From the NCBI GenBank assembly GCA_963733675.1, contig CAVTET010000004.1, forward strand, positions 544,001-608,000: a stretch of DNA of 64,000 nucleotides. Direction: 5' to 3'. The translations under genes were made by a program, and so were the position numbers. The number at the start of each line of letters is the position of its first letter. Positions within the stretch are counted from its first letter, which is position 1. Positions 8,661 through 20,167 of this stretch are shown one piece after another. The notes under the pieces were generated by a model that saw nothing but the letters and a program-made list of their open reading frames with translations, did no database searches and was not told the DNA's origin. Origin of the DNA: an uncultured Methanosarcinaceae archaeon (lineage in GTDB: Archaea > Halobacteriota > Methanosarcinia > Methanosarcinales > Methanosarcinaceae).

Positions 8661-9950
8661 CTTGAATTTTTTCTTTGCAATCATCACTGTACTTATTCAT
8701 TTCTGTTAGAAACTGATTTATCTCTATAGCTCATCGCTGTTTATCTTCTCTTCAATCCCATTAAGCTCTCTGAAATGAGATTACAAAAAGTGTAAACATA
8801 TTAATAAATGACGCAGGCTTTTCACCCTCACGAACTGCTATTCCTTTAGAGTCGGAAGAAATTCCATAGCTTTCATTGTTTTAGACCCCCTTTTTGGATG
8901 AGAAAGATAACATTTGTATTTGCCATTGGAAGCTACATGGAGTTAATACCCTTCTCGCTTAATTTTCATACCTACTTCATCACAATAGACAATATACTAA
9001 AATATCAACTGTTCCCTTATCATATTTTCAAATTATTCTAAATTCCAAATAAACTATCTTCCTGCTATAATTATGATAGCATAACATATGTTTGTTCACA
9101 CAAAATCATTAAAAAATTCATATAATATTTCATAGAACATAAACTAGTAGTTTTTGCAGTAATTTCTGAAGCTAAAATATTTGAACCAAACTGGATTGGA
9201 TATTTTATTGATTCAGGAAAAACAGCTTTATTTAATCCTACACTGTAAGGAAGATTCTTCATCTGGCTTCGATATTATGTGAAAATAAGATTTCGGTGAA
9301 ATATCTAAAACTTCGTCTTTTCCCATAAGCTTCAATTTCAACATCCTTACAAAAATATCCGTATTCTCCGCATTCATTCAAAGAACGATATATTAGCCAA
9401 TTAGAATCATTAACCATTTCAAAAGTCATTTTTGGATGAACTTCTTAACCTCAAGATATCCAGTCACACTTTTTGTAGCAACTCTTGGAATTAGGATTCT
9501 TTTTGACAAAAAAAATAAGTCGAAGAAGATTTGCTACTGTTATAAATGTTATGATTTTAAGCAAGATTTTTATAAGAGAAATCCTCAGTGATTTCTTCAA
9601 TTTGAGATTCAAGACTTTCATATAAGAAATAACCTTATTGTCTGAAGCACACATAGCAAGAATCTCTTCATGGTTCATCAGCAAAAAAAATAAATCATTT
9701 TACATCCAATTTTTCATCGTTCCGATGAAAAATTTTATAGTCCCTTATAGGCTATTTAATAGTTACGAAATTACTTTAAATTAATTATAAAATAATTAGT
9801 TTTGCATCAAAATATATTTTCACAGCAAAAGGTTCAAAGATGAAATAGCACTGTAGATGAGATTTACTATTAGCCATAATGTCTTAAAAATCCCATATGG
9901 CACAAAAATTAAGTACAAGGATTAATCTATAAGTAAAAGCTTAAATGTGC

Positions 9951-10023
9951 AGTCCTGTAGGGTAGTGGTCAATCCTTCGGGCCTTTGGAGCCCGGGACAG
10001 CGGTTCGAATCCGCTCAGGACTA
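9951..10023 (+). tRNA. tRNA-Gln (TTG)
   Basis: Acceptor AGTCCTG/CAGGACT, anticodon arm CGGGC-CTTTGGA-GCCCG, T-loop GGTTCGAATCC. Confidence 0.97.
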
Positions 10024-10059
10024 TAAAAATATTTATGGCAGCCAGAATCAAATATTATT

Positions 10060-10620
10060 TCTCAATTATTGTTTGCGCTATTGTCACTGTGTAAAAGTAG
10101 GGAATAGCGAGAAACCTTTTTTTCTCAAAATATATTAACTGTCTGAATATATTCAACCAAAAATGTATTCTTTCCACTACCAACCTTCTTGCCCACAATA
10201 TGATACCTCTTTTTTTCTTATGTTTTCTCTCTACGTCTCCGAATATGAGCAGCATGTCCAGAATCGTCAACCAATTATCTAATATCATGAAAATCTTATC
10301 CTTGTTCATACATATATTCTAAATTATGACATCCTTATGAGATTTTTCAACTATTATGGCATTAAGAGTTCCTTAAAAATATTTTATCATGAAGATTGGC
10401 TCCATCCAACAGAACAGAAAGTGGAATGCTTTTACTATCTGTTAACATCTTCTTTTTTGTGGCTTTTTTGCCACGATTAGTGGAATCAGCTCCTTTTCCA
10501 GTTCCACCTAATGGTACTTTTGCCATGCTATATCACTTGCTTGTCATTCCCACTATAATCCTTTGTCATTATCATCTCATTAAGACCAGCTTTACACATG
10601 TTATCAAATAATCCTGATCT
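10060..10620 (-). pseudogene. IS5-family transposase remnant (IS427/IS1031-like)
   Basis: Minus strand fragments KVPLGGTGKG..RGKKATK..IPLSVLLDGAN and RRLVVERIHFWLNIFR match motifs typical of this group; frameshifted. Confidence 0.7.
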
Positions 10621-11351
10621 TTATCATTCCTGAAATCTATCATGTATGGTACTTGGAGCTCCATAAATCACGCTTTCCATTGGCAGCCAGTAAAGAACCA
10701 GAAAAAGTGGTTTTTTTCAAGACGATCTCAATAGATCAAAAGATGGCAATTTTAAAAAATAGAACTCAAAATGATTTTCAGAAACGTACTTTCCTACCAA
10801 GAAATTGTTTGACTAGATAAAATGTCAGTCGCTTGTATCTCCATAACATACATAATTCTAAAAATATATTTCCTGGCAAATGCAGGAAGTAAATATGAAA
10901 CAAAATAAATATATGACTGAAATTATTATCCTCTAAAGGAATTCTTATCATTGGGATTCTTGATCTAAGATAGTTACTTGCAGATTAAAGATAATTTGTA
11001 GAAGATGATGCAGCACTGAATAAAACATTCGGGCCTTCTTGATGGTTATAATTTGATCCATCCAGTAAAGTAATCATAAGACAAAATTATGACATTAACG
11101 ATACAATATAATTCAGAATGTACAGACAATAAACCGACTGTGGCCACACTATAGGGGGTCAGTTTTCATTGTCAGAATCAACGACTTCATCAACTTCAGT
11201 AAGTATCTCGATTTTATTTCAACTGATAAAAATAGTCTCACAACTGGCGAGATTCATAGATACTTAATTAAGGCATAGAGCTATGTATTCTAAAAAATAC
11301 TAGCATACATATATATCCAAGTGTTAATTCAGATGTAATTATGGAGAAAAT

Positions 11352-12029
11352 ATGCAAGAAACCGAAACCAAACCAATAAAAATTCTGGGAATATCGGGAA
11401 GTCCCAGAAATATGGCAACTGACTTTTTGGTTCAGGAAGCTTTACAGATCACAAAACAAAAATATGGTGCAGAAACAGATTACTTTTCCTCCAAAGGAAA
11501 GAAGCTGAACTTTTGCATTCATTGCGATTTTTGTGTAAGGACAAAAGAAGGCTGTGTTCATAAGGATGACATTTCTGCCGAGCTGTACGACAAAATGATC
11601 TGGGCAGATGCCTGGATTATAGGGACTCCTGTATATCAGGGAACAGTTAGTGCACAAACAAAAACGATCATGGATCGCTGTAGAGCTATTGTTGCCAGAG
11701 ACCAGAAAATCTTTTTAAACAAAGTCGGGATGGGAATCGCAGATGGTGGAGACCGAATAGGCGGGCAGGAACCAGCCATCCAGACCATTCTAAACTTTTA
11801 TGTAATCAATGAAATGATCCCTATTGGAGGTGGCTCCTTCGGAGCAAATCTGGGAGGAACATTCTGGTCAAAGGATAACGGAGCAGAAGGGGTTTCCGAA
11901 GATTTGGAAGGCATGAAAAGCCTTAGAAAAACCCTGACGAAACTTATCCAGACAACTCATATGGTAAAAAAGGCTGCAGAAAACTCAATCTCAGAAACCC
12001 AAATTGTTGAGAAGGAGGACAAGAAGTAA
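11352..12029 (+). CDS. Iron-sulfur flavoprotein (Isf-like, NADPH-dependent FMN reductase fold)
   Basis: GISGSPR FMN loop, CIHCDFC-x5-C motif, GTPVY. Confidence 0.92.
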   Translation: MQETETKPIKILGISGSPRNMATDFLVQEALQITKQKYGAETDYFSSKGKKLNFCIHCDFCVRTKEGCVHKDDISAELYDKMIWADAWIIGTPVYQGTVSAQTKTIMDRCRAIVARDQKIFLNKVGMGIADGGDRIGGQEPAIQTILNFYVINEMIPIGGGSFGANLGGTFWSKDNGAEGVSEDLEGMKSLRKTLTKLIQTTHMVKKAAENSISETQIVEKEDKK

Positions 12030-12576
12030 ATCTAAGAGAGGTTCAAAGGATCTTTGAGTTTCAGAAATGGGATTAAAATCGAATTAATCAGGATCCTAAG
12101 TCAATTCAAAGTTCAGATTTAAACTTTCAAATGAGTGAGTTATTTTGGTCGAAAAGATAACAAAAAAATCAAGCGCATAGAAGAGGAAACTATAAGTTAA
12201 GAGGACCAGATGATTGGGGTGCATAGCATTCTGATGGATATTAAGAGCTAAACAGGTATTGAAGAGATGGTTTTCCTGTAAAAGAAGGCGAAAAAGTGAT
12301 GAAATTGTATCGTCTATTGGACAAAAGCCTGATGAACTTTGAGACTCATATTACTTTTCTAAAAATTGAATAAAAAGTATATTTTTGCTAATTTTGAAAA
12401 TAGCAATACTTAATTGTAACAAAAATAGGTGACATTCGAGATAGTATATAATAACATACTATACATTCATAATTTTTATTAAATTAACTAAAATAATTTA
12501 ACCGAAAGAATACTTGTTGTCACATTCCCAAATACTTATTAATACATCTGCACATACAATGAGCAGGGTGAATAGC

Positions 12577-12861
12577 TTGTTATCTAAAATACCTGTAGAC
12601 CTTCAGGACATATCCGACGAAAATATTGACAAAGAAATCCTAAGAGTAGCGATTATCGCAGAGCTTGATGCCATAAACCTTTACGAGCAGATGGCCAGCC
12701 TGACTAAAAAAAGGGATATCAAAACAATCCTCATGGATGTTGCAAAGGAAGAAAAAACACATGTTGGAGAATTTCAGGCACTTTTACTTCGATTTGACAC
12801 TCAGCAAAAAAAAGAACTTGAAGCTGGGGCTGAAGAGGTGGAGGAGGAATTATCCAAATAA
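12577..12861 (+). CDS. Short ferritin-like/rubrerythrin-like protein (EncFtn/Flp type)
   Basis: ELDAINLYEQ...EEKTHVGE di-iron ligands; start moved to TTG 12577 after GGGTGA RBS (track start 12514). Confidence 0.85.
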   Translation: MLSKIPVDLQDISDENIDKEILRVAIIAELDAINLYEQMASLTKKRDIKTILMDVAKEEKTHVGEFQALLLRFDTQQKKELEAGAEEVEEELSK

Positions 12862-13613
12862 TTCCTATAACTCGAATTCCGAAATTTTCTTGGATGATTT
12901 GCGAAAAAACTCGATTATTAGTCCTATTTTGCTGTAGTTCAGAATGACTACTTTATTTTTTTACAACTTTTCCTCAAGAGTTTACAAGAAAAAATTTCAT
13001 CCGCACATCTCATATTCCATTTTTTGCAATCGCCTCTAAAGAATTCGATATTAGAGAGTCCTGAAGTAGAAATTATGCATAGTCTCCACTAAATAATTGT
13101 ATAATTTTTTTGAGTGTTTTTTTGAATATATTTTTGAGTTTACTCATCTATTAAAAAAGCACAAAAAGCTAGATTTTTTTCCAGATTGAATTTCATTAAG
13201 CAATTCAAAAGTAATTTCACTTGAATATTTTATGATGTCTCAATTCCATCTGTTACTAGTATAATAATATCCTGACTGAGTACTTATTTCATTTGATATG
13301 CTGTAATCTCAAAAACCTACTTTAACACATTAAAATGTCATGCATTATAGATTGTTTTAGAAAAATAATATCCTCGCAAAGGATAACTTGGAACATGTTA
13401 ACATCTTAAAATAATTTTGTATTTCAGATACAATTTCTATGTTTGAGCCTTATGCGCCAATAAAATTGGTCAGAAAAAAATCTTTTTTTTGATAAGATAT
13501 TTTTCAGGCCATATCATAAGTATACAGATTTATTTCTGTGAATATGAATAATGAATGTAAAAAATATAATCAACTCATTTACATTAGTGTTTAGGTTAAC
13601 AAAACATATATAG

Positions 13614-13640
13614 TAATACTTACAATGAGTTAAAGTATTA
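13614..13640. promoter_or_regulatory. Candidate NikR operator TAATAC-N15-GTATTA next to a TATA-like element upstream of nikR
   Basis: Inverted repeat TAATACTT/AAGTATTA directly after catatata, ~35 bp before the nikR ATG; binding is inferred. Confidence 0.4.
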
Positions 13641-13674
13641 TTTTATAGATAAATCTAGATCACTTGGTGGTACG

Positions 13675-14097
13675 ATGGAAACAGAACTTATGAGGATAGG
13701 GGTTTCCCTTCCTGATACCCTTCTAAGTAAATTTGATGAAATCATCGGAAAAAGAGGTTATTCTTCCCGTTCAGAAGGCATACGCGACGCCATCAGAAGT
13801 TATATTTCCTACTACGAGTGGATGGGTGATATTAAAGGGCATCGTATAGGAACCGTTGCAGTTATTTACGACCATACAAAAAGAGGTCTTTCAAATGCCC
13901 TTGCAGATATCCAGCACCACTACTCTAAACTAATAAAGTCCTCAGTGCATATTCACCTCGATCATGACAATTGTTTTGAAGTAATCGTTCTGGAAGGGGA
14001 CGGCGAAGAAATCAAAGAGCTTTCAGAAGCCATAATGGCCCTTAAAGGGGTAAAATTCTCAAAACTCACAACTGTACCATCAAATGAAAAAATTTGA
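13675..14097 (+). CDS. nikR: Nickel-responsive transcriptional regulator NikR
   Basis: RHH N-terminus [17 protein letters not shown]; Ni site [11 protein letters not shown]. Confidence 0.97.
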   Translation: METELMRIGVSLPDTLLSKFDEIIGKRGYSSRSEGIRDAIRSYISYYEWMGDIKGHRIGTVAVIYDHTKRGLSNALADIQHHYSKLIKSSVHIHLDHDNCFEVIVLEGDGEEIKELSEAIMALKGVKFSKLTTVPSNEKI

Positions 14098-14887
14098 CCA
14101 TCAAGATAATTGTGCGAATCAATAATTCAGAGACGCTTTGATACCTTGTGGGATCCTGAAATTAACATTAATTCTACTAACGATTGATTGTAATAGGTGA
14201 AAAATAAAAAATATAGGAAGTCTCATAATTCAGAGTATTGAAAATTCAAGCATGAGAAATAGAACAAAATTTTCCGTTTGCCCCGATTCAAGACCCAAAA
14301 GAACACTTTTCAACATATTTCAAGGATAACCTCCAGAATCTGTGAAATCGTAGCTCTGAAATTTTGTCCGATTCACAAGTTCACCATATTTTTTGAGATT
14401 TTAAGTGGTAGTAAAGTACATATGGTTCTGGTTTATAACTTCCACAAGGAAACATATGCATAGGCGCTGAATTTTGAGAATGGAGCGTATTTCCAAGTTA
14501 TTGAACAAGAACCATCAATATTAATAATTTTTTTAAATTAGATATAAATAGTCACTTTCCCACCATTATTGAGTTTTTTGGATTCTTTTGTTTCCGAATT
14601 CGATTTTTTATCTTTAGAGAATCATGAGGTTTAATGAAGTTATATCACGTTTGGAATATATCCAAATTTCAGTAATTCACCCAATGCAACCAAAGGTTAT
14701 AATATCTCAACAGCGCTTGATGTAAAGAAATTATTCAAAATCAAATATTTTCATTGGCTTAAATGCCTCTTTTTCCTGTTTTCAATATAATTTTAATGAC
14801 TCGAAAGTCGTACCATCATCAACAGTTCCAATGAAATTAAAAAATATTTTTAAAATCAGGGTAGACAGAACGAAAAAAAAACATTCA

Positions 14888-15025
14888 CCACCTGCAGACG
14901 TACACAGAAGTAGAAATTGTTTGCCTATTTGCTCACTATTATTCATTGAAAAAATATATTAATTTTCAAGCTACTGCCGTATTGAGAAAATAAATGGCGT
15001 TCTTGTGTACATCTGCAGAAAGTGG
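14888..15025. mobile_element. MITE family A copy immediately downstream of echF
   Basis: TIR ctgcagacgtacaca / tgtgtacatctgcag; homologous to 556-694. Confidence 0.7.
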
Positions 15026-15029
15026 GCTC

Positions 15030-15359
15030 TTATTTGAGAGCTACCATTTTGATATGCTCTTTAGGACCAGTTTTTGCTCTTTCATTGGATATTACTATAC
15101 ATTCTTTTGGGCAACTGGTAACGCATTCAGTGCACATAATACATCTAAATACATTAAGTTCCCACGTTTTTTCGTCTTTGGTAACTGTTATTGCATCAGG
15201 AGGACATTTCTTTTGACATATCCCGCAATAAATACAGTTTTCAGGACTGAAAATGATTCTCCCCTTAAAACTTTCATAAGGTGTCTTTATATCGAAAGGG
15301 TAAAGCCTGGTAGGAGGTTTACGAGAAACATTTGACAAAACAAGGTTTAACATACCCAT
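15030..15359 (-). CDS. echF: Ech hydrogenase subunit F (2x[4Fe-4S])
   Basis: CIYCGICQKKCP and CIMCTECVTSCP; start moved to MGML after GGTGAT RBS; last gene of the operon. Confidence 0.93.
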   Translation of the reverse strand: MGMLNLVLSNVSRKPPTRLYPFDIKTPYESFKGRIIFSPENCIYCGICQKKCPPDAITVTKDEKTWELNVFRCIMCTECVTSCPKECIVISNERAKTGPKEHIKMVALK

Positions 15360-15372
15360 TATATCACCTTTA

Positions 15373-16455
15373 TTATCTTTCAGTGCAACTAATACATGGG
15401 TCGACAGTAAGTACAACTACAGGAACATCAGCAAGTTTGATGCCTGGTAGCATCTGTAACAGTGCAGGTATATTTGCAAAGGTGGGTGTCCTTATTTTAA
15501 GTCTTTCCAGATTTTTAGTACCATTACCTTTGACATAATATACAACTTCACCTCTAGGCTGCTCTGATCTTGAAATAGCTTCAGTTCCTGCTGCAGGAGA
15601 ACCCTTTACAGGTATTGAAATTTCACCTTCAGGCAATTTGGAGATCGCATTCCTTATTAACTTAAAGCATTCGTATAACTCATAAATTCTTACTTTAGTT
15701 CTGGCATAGCAATCTCCATCATTTTCAACAACTGCTTTAAAATTAAGATCTTTATAAATACTCCAGCTAGATGATTCTCTTATGTCACTGTGAACCCCAC
15801 TTCCTCTCAGTGTAGGACCAACAGCTCCAACATCATATGCAAGTTGTTTTGATAATACACCTAATCCCACCAGTCTTTTCTTTACGGTGTAATTATTTAC
15901 GAATACTTTTTCGAGATTTTTGACCTGAGGTTCCAAGTCATCAATTGCTTTTAGAATTATATTAATATGTTCTTTAGACAAATCTTTGGTAGTTCCTCCA
16001 ACTTTACACATTGAAGTTATCACTCTGTTTCCCGTGGTCATCTCCATTATATCCATTACTGCTTCTCGATACTTCCAGCATTCCATGAAGAGACTTTCGA
16101 ATCCGAAACCATCAGCAAATAAACCAAGCCAAAGGAGATGACTCTGAACTCTTGCGAGTTCACTCCATATCACTCTTAAATATTCTGCTCTTTCAGGGAT
16201 CTCGACATTCATTAGTTGTTCGATCCCCCGTGCATAAGTTATAGAATGGATGGCGCTGCAGATCCCACATATTCTTTCACAAATATAGAGTGTTTGATTA
16301 TAGTCCTTTGTGTCGATAAATTTCTCAAGCCCTCTGTGCACATAACCTAGTGAGGGAAGTGCTCCAACAACAACATCATTGTCCAGTTCAAGTTTTAACT
16401 GTACAGGTTCAGGTAAAACCGGATGTTGAGGACCAAAAGGTATTACAGTTGTCAT
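15373..16455 (-). CDS. echE: Ech hydrogenase large [NiFe] subunit E
   Basis: ERICGIC and DPCISCTER motifs, no C-terminal extension. Confidence 0.97.
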   Translation of the reverse strand: MTTVIPFGPQHPVLPEPVQLKLELDNDVVVGALPSLGYVHRGLEKFIDTKDYNQTLYICERICGICSAIHSITYARGIEQLMNVEIPERAEYLRVIWSELARVQSHLLWLGLFADGFGFESLFMECWKYREAVMDIMEMTTGNRVITSMCKVGGTTKDLSKEHINIILKAIDDLEPQVKNLEKVFVNNYTVKKRLVGLGVLSKQLAYDVGAVGPTLRGSGVHSDIRESSSWSIYKDLNFKAVVENDGDCYARTKVRIYELYECFKLIRNAISKLPEGEISIPVKGSPAAGTEAISRSEQPRGEVVYYVKGNGTKNLERLKIRTPTFANIPALLQMLPGIKLADVPVVVLTVDPCISCTER

Positions 16456-16478
16456 AATAATTCTCCTCTCAAATTGCT

Positions 16479-16820
16479 TTAAGCTAATGGAGTTTTTGGA
16501 CTGTTTGGTGTCAAATAAAGGTGACCTTTAAAGTCTATTGCCAAACCTTCAAAAGTTAATCCAAACAGATCCTGGTATTCATTCTCGATCAAAAGTGCGC
16601 ATAAATAAATACCTGACATACTCTTTGGATTCTCAGATGGCTTCACAAAATATCTTAGAGTTTTTAGAGCGTAACCTTTGTCTAAAACGTATATAAATTC
16701 ATGACCATCGTTAGCTTTCAAGCATATCATTGTAGCATATCGATAACCATCATTTTTTAATTCCTGAACAGTTTTTAGCAGTTCTGAGCTGCTTTTTATT
16801 TCTACGTTATTCTCAAGCAT
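16479..16820 (-). CDS. echD: Ech hydrogenase subunit D (NuoC-like)
   Basis: IENEYQDLFGLTF motif and operon position. Confidence 0.92.
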   Translation of the reverse strand: MLENNVEIKSSSELLKTVQELKNDGYRYATMICLKANDGHEFIYVLDKGYALKTLRYFVKPSENPKSMSGIYLCALLIENEYQDLFGLTFEGLAIDFKGHLYLTPNSPKTPLA

Positions 16821-17283
16821 TTGATGGCACCTCGTTTCCCTTGAGTTTTACATCTTTTCCTTTGATTTTTCCTTGGCTCTTGCTTTCAAGTACTGAAAGT
16901 GCTGCAACCACTCCATCGAGTATAGCTTCAGGTCTGGGACAACATCCTGGAACATATGCATCTACAGGTATTACCTGATCCACCCCACCTATTACATTAT
17001 AGCAGTCATGGAAAATTCCGCCTGTAGATGCACAAGCGCCTACAGCTAAAACAACTTTGGGATCAGGAATTTGGTTATAGATGTTCTTAAGCACATTCAC
17101 ATTTTTATAATTTATCGAACCCGTAACCACCATTATATCAGCTTGCTTAGGAGTACCGATGTTTAAAACACCAAATCTTTCAGCATCATATAGAGGAGTA
17201 AGACAAGCCAATACTTCAATATCACAGCCATTACAACTGTTGCAATTCACGTGTATGATCCATGGGGACTTTGCCAATGCCAT
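16813..17283 (-). CDS. echC: Ech hydrogenase small subunit C
   Basis: CNGCDIE, GACASTGG, PGCCPRPEAI. Confidence 0.97.
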   Translation of the reverse strand: MALAKSPWIIHVNCNSCNGCDIEVLACLTPLYDAERFGVLNIGTPKQADIMVVTGSINYKNVNVLKNIYNQIPDPKVVLAVGACASTGGIFHDCYNVIGGVDQVIPVDAYVPGCCPRPEAILDGVVAALSVLESKSQGKIKGKDVKLKGNEVPSNA

Positions 17284-17296
17284 AAATATCCCTCTT

Positions 17297-18166
17297 TTAA
17301 ATTAACTTAATCTTAGCAACGTACAGATATAGTACATTTACGACCGAAATTATCAATAAAATTGTCCAACTTACTTTGAGCATCCATTGCCAGTATACTC
17401 TTGCAGTGATATTGTCCATTATAATTACAAACAAGAAAGCAATCAATGCTATAAGCAAACCAATTATTATGTTCACTTTCCAGAATAGGAACATAAGTCC
17501 TAACAAAAATACGTATTCATAGAAATGCCCAATCTCAATTCCAGCTAATCCTGGTCCTGAATATTCGGTAAGCATACCTTTAACCAATTCCTGATGAGCA
17601 TGGTGAGATGTTGAATAATCGAAGGGTGACTTTTTAAATTTAATATTCATAACAAACATCATTGAGATGAATATAAGTGGTATGTATATTAGGAGAGGAG
17701 TCGTTGTATTATTAAGCGCAGATAATTTAAAGGTACCAGTAAGCAAGTATATTGCAAGAGCATACAAGATTAAAATTGGCTCATATGACAATATAGCCAT
17801 AATTTCTCTCGAACTTCCGATCCTTGCATATGGAGAACCAGTGCTCATTCCTCCTACTATGAGAGCTACAGAAGATACTGTATAAACAAATACTATCATC
17901 AAAATATCTGCATCAAAGACTAACATTAAAAGACTCAAAATTACAAACGCTACGTAAATAACTACGTAGAGATTTTGAGATCCACTCACAATCATATTAT
18001 CTTTCTGGAAAAGTTTCATGACATCATAATAAGGTTGAAGAAGAGGTGGACCAACTCTCCCTTGCAATCTTGCCGTAAGTCTCCTGTCAATACCTGCAAG
18101 TAAACAGCCAAGGATAGGAGCACCAATCAAAACAAGAACAATTTTTGCAATATCTAAACTGTTCAT
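17297..18166 (-). CDS. echB: Ech hydrogenase membrane subunit B (NuoH-like)
   Basis: ARLQGRVGPP, PFD..E..G..TEYSG motifs, hydrophobic. Confidence 0.96.
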   Translation of the reverse strand: MNSLDIAKIVLVLIGAPILGCLLAGIDRRLTARLQGRVGPPLLQPYYDVMKLFQKDNMIVSGSQNLYVVIYVAFVILSLLMLVFDADILMIVFVYTVSSVALIVGGMSTGSPYARIGSSREIMAILSYEPILILYALAIYLLTGTFKLSALNNTTTPLLIYIPLIFISMMFVMNIKFKKSPFDYSTSHHAHQELVKGMLTEYSGPGLAGIEIGHFYEYVFLLGLMFLFWKVNIIIGLLIALIAFLFVIIMDNITARVYWQWMLKVSWTILLIISVVNVLYLYVAKIKLI

Positions 18167-20067
18167 AATACCACCACTTCTACTAATGCAATTACAATAA
18201 GCAATATGGAAACTAAGTATCCAAGTGTCGTAAGTTTGTTTTCTCCAAAAATATTTTGAAGATAAATGTTAGAGACACTACTTTTATCGTAACTGCCAAT
18301 TCCATTACGGAACATCAATTTATCCTTTTCAAGGTTATTTTCCCCACACATATAATAACCAGCTGGGCGGGGAGTAAACATGCTTTTAGCAGCGAAGTAG
18401 ATCAGAATGGCCAAAACGAGCACTATAAATATTAATGCATAAGCAAATGCTCCGATCTCCGATGAGAATTGGCCACCTTGCCCTGAAACAGTAGGGACAA
18501 TATTGAGCAAAGTCGCAACCTGAGGTTTAATGAAATAGTCATATATTGAGAATACAAGAATACTTGTAACTACAATTAATGACCCAAGTAAAGATAGCGG
18601 GAAATAGGTTTCTGGTTTCAAATGGTGAACCGCATTTTTATCCATAGAGGAGGATAATATTGTTCCAAGCCATTTAACATAATAAACTGTAGTAAGTGCA
18701 CTCCCAAGTATGAGGAATATCGATACAATAGGATTGCTTGAAGCTACCTCCATTGATACCCATTTTGTGAGTAAAACCCCAAAAGGAGGTAATAGCATGG
18801 ATATCATTCCTAGAGATGCAAGCATTGTAAGAAGAGGAGCCTTTTTTATCAATCCGGACATATCTTCAATATCTTTGCTTCCAATCGTGTGTTCAATTTC
18901 GCCTGTACAAAGGAACAACAAGGCTTTTGATATTGCATGAAATAAAATAAGCATAATGGCAGCAGCTACAGCTAAAGGTGTGCCTATTCCAGCACTCGCG
19001 ATAATTAATCCTAAATTTGCAATCGTAGAATACGCCAGCACTCTTTTAGCATTTCTTTGAGATAAGGCCAAAGCTGAACACATAACGAAAGAAAAACTTC
19101 CGTAAATAGCAATTGCTGTCCCGAGGGGTGTGTTCGCAAAAGCTGGCACAAGCTTGACAATTAAGAAAACACCTGCATTTACCATCGTGCTTGAGTGGAG
19201 TAAGGCGGAAACTGGAGTGGGAGCTACCATCGCACCTAATAGCCAACTTTGGAAAGGCATCTGGGCAGATTTTGCAAAACCTGCAATACATAGTAAGACA
19301 ACCGGAAGAGCCACAGCAGCTGCTGTTGAACTAGTTCCAACTGCCGAAAGAATGGATATATCAAATTTAGTACTTAGCAGAATTATAGCTAAAGAAAAAG
19401 TAATTCCACCAATCAAGTTTAGAGCTAGTGCTCTGAAACCATTATTTATGGATTCTTCATCCTGGTTGTATGCGATTAAAACGAATGAACAGAGCGTCGT
19501 GATTTCCCAGAACAGAAACAGCCACCCTAAGGTGTCAACCATGACTAGACCGTTCATAGCTGCTAAGAAAAAGCTCATTGTAAAGTAAAACGTTTTTTGT
19601 CTGTTTAGATGCCTGTGTTTTTCATAGTGATCCATGTATCCTGTTGCAAATAATATAATCGCAGTACCGATTATATTCACAATCAGTATCATGACCTGAG
19701 AAAATTGATCAATATTAAAAGAAACACTTTCAACTTTTGCAATAGTCAGGTAGGAATAAGCTGCTATAACTGTTTGAATTGCAATTAGTGCAAGTGTAGG
19801 CCAGCTTTTATGTTTTGCTGACACATAAAATACAAATAGTATTATAAGTACTTCAAGTATAAGAACAATGTTTTCTAATAGTGCAAAACTTGATCCAGCA
19901 ACCTCAACTTTTCCAGTTCCATCTAATACTAACATAATCGAAGAAACTGCTCCTACTATGAAAAAAGCCCAGGCGAGAAATTTGTATAACGATTTGCCAA
20001 GAGCTAAGAATAAAAAAGAAAAAAGTATAGGTGCTGCAATTAATAGCATAATGGTGGTCTTCAACAT
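18163..20067 (-). CDS. echA: Ech hydrogenase membrane subunit A (NuoL/MrpA-like)
   Basis: KSAQMPFQSWL..AMVAPTPVSALLHSSTMV. Confidence 0.97.
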   Translation of the reverse strand: MLKTTIMLLIAAPILFSFLFLALGKSLYKFLAWAFFIVGAVSSIMLVLDGTGKVEVAGSSFALLENIVLILEVLIILFVFYVSAKHKSWPTLALIAIQTVIAAYSYLTIAKVESVSFNIDQFSQVMILIVNIIGTAIILFATGYMDHYEKHRHLNRQKTFYFTMSFFLAAMNGLVMVDTLGWLFLFWEITTLCSFVLIAYNQDEESINNGFRALALNLIGGITFSLAIILLSTKFDISILSAVGTSSTAAAVALPVVLLCIAGFAKSAQMPFQSWLLGAMVAPTPVSALLHSSTMVNAGVFLIVKLVPAFANTPLGTAIAIYGSFSFVMCSALALSQRNAKRVLAYSTIANLGLIIASAGIGTPLAVAAAIMLILFHAISKALLFLCTGEIEHTIGSKDIEDMSGLIKKAPLLTMLASLGMISMLLPPFGVLLTKWVSMEVASSNPIVSIFLILGSALTTVYYVKWLGTILSSSMDKNAVHHLKPETYFPLSLLGSLIVVTSILVFSIYDYFIKPQVATLLNIVPTVSGQGGQFSSEIGAFAYALIFIVLVLAILIYFAAKSMFTPRPAGYYMCGENNLEKDKLMFRNGIGSYDKSSVSNIYLQNIFGENKLTTLGYLVSILLIVIALVEVVVL

Positions 20068-20167
20068 ATAATATATCCTCCAATCTACTGATTTCAGTCT
20101 ACTCCATAGATTTATTTTTCAAGTTGCATATATTCTGTCTAGTTTTATCCTCCAATTTATTAATAGG

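Noticed and set aside
10620-11270. Possible further transposase remnant
   Set aside because: No recognisable motif recovered by eye
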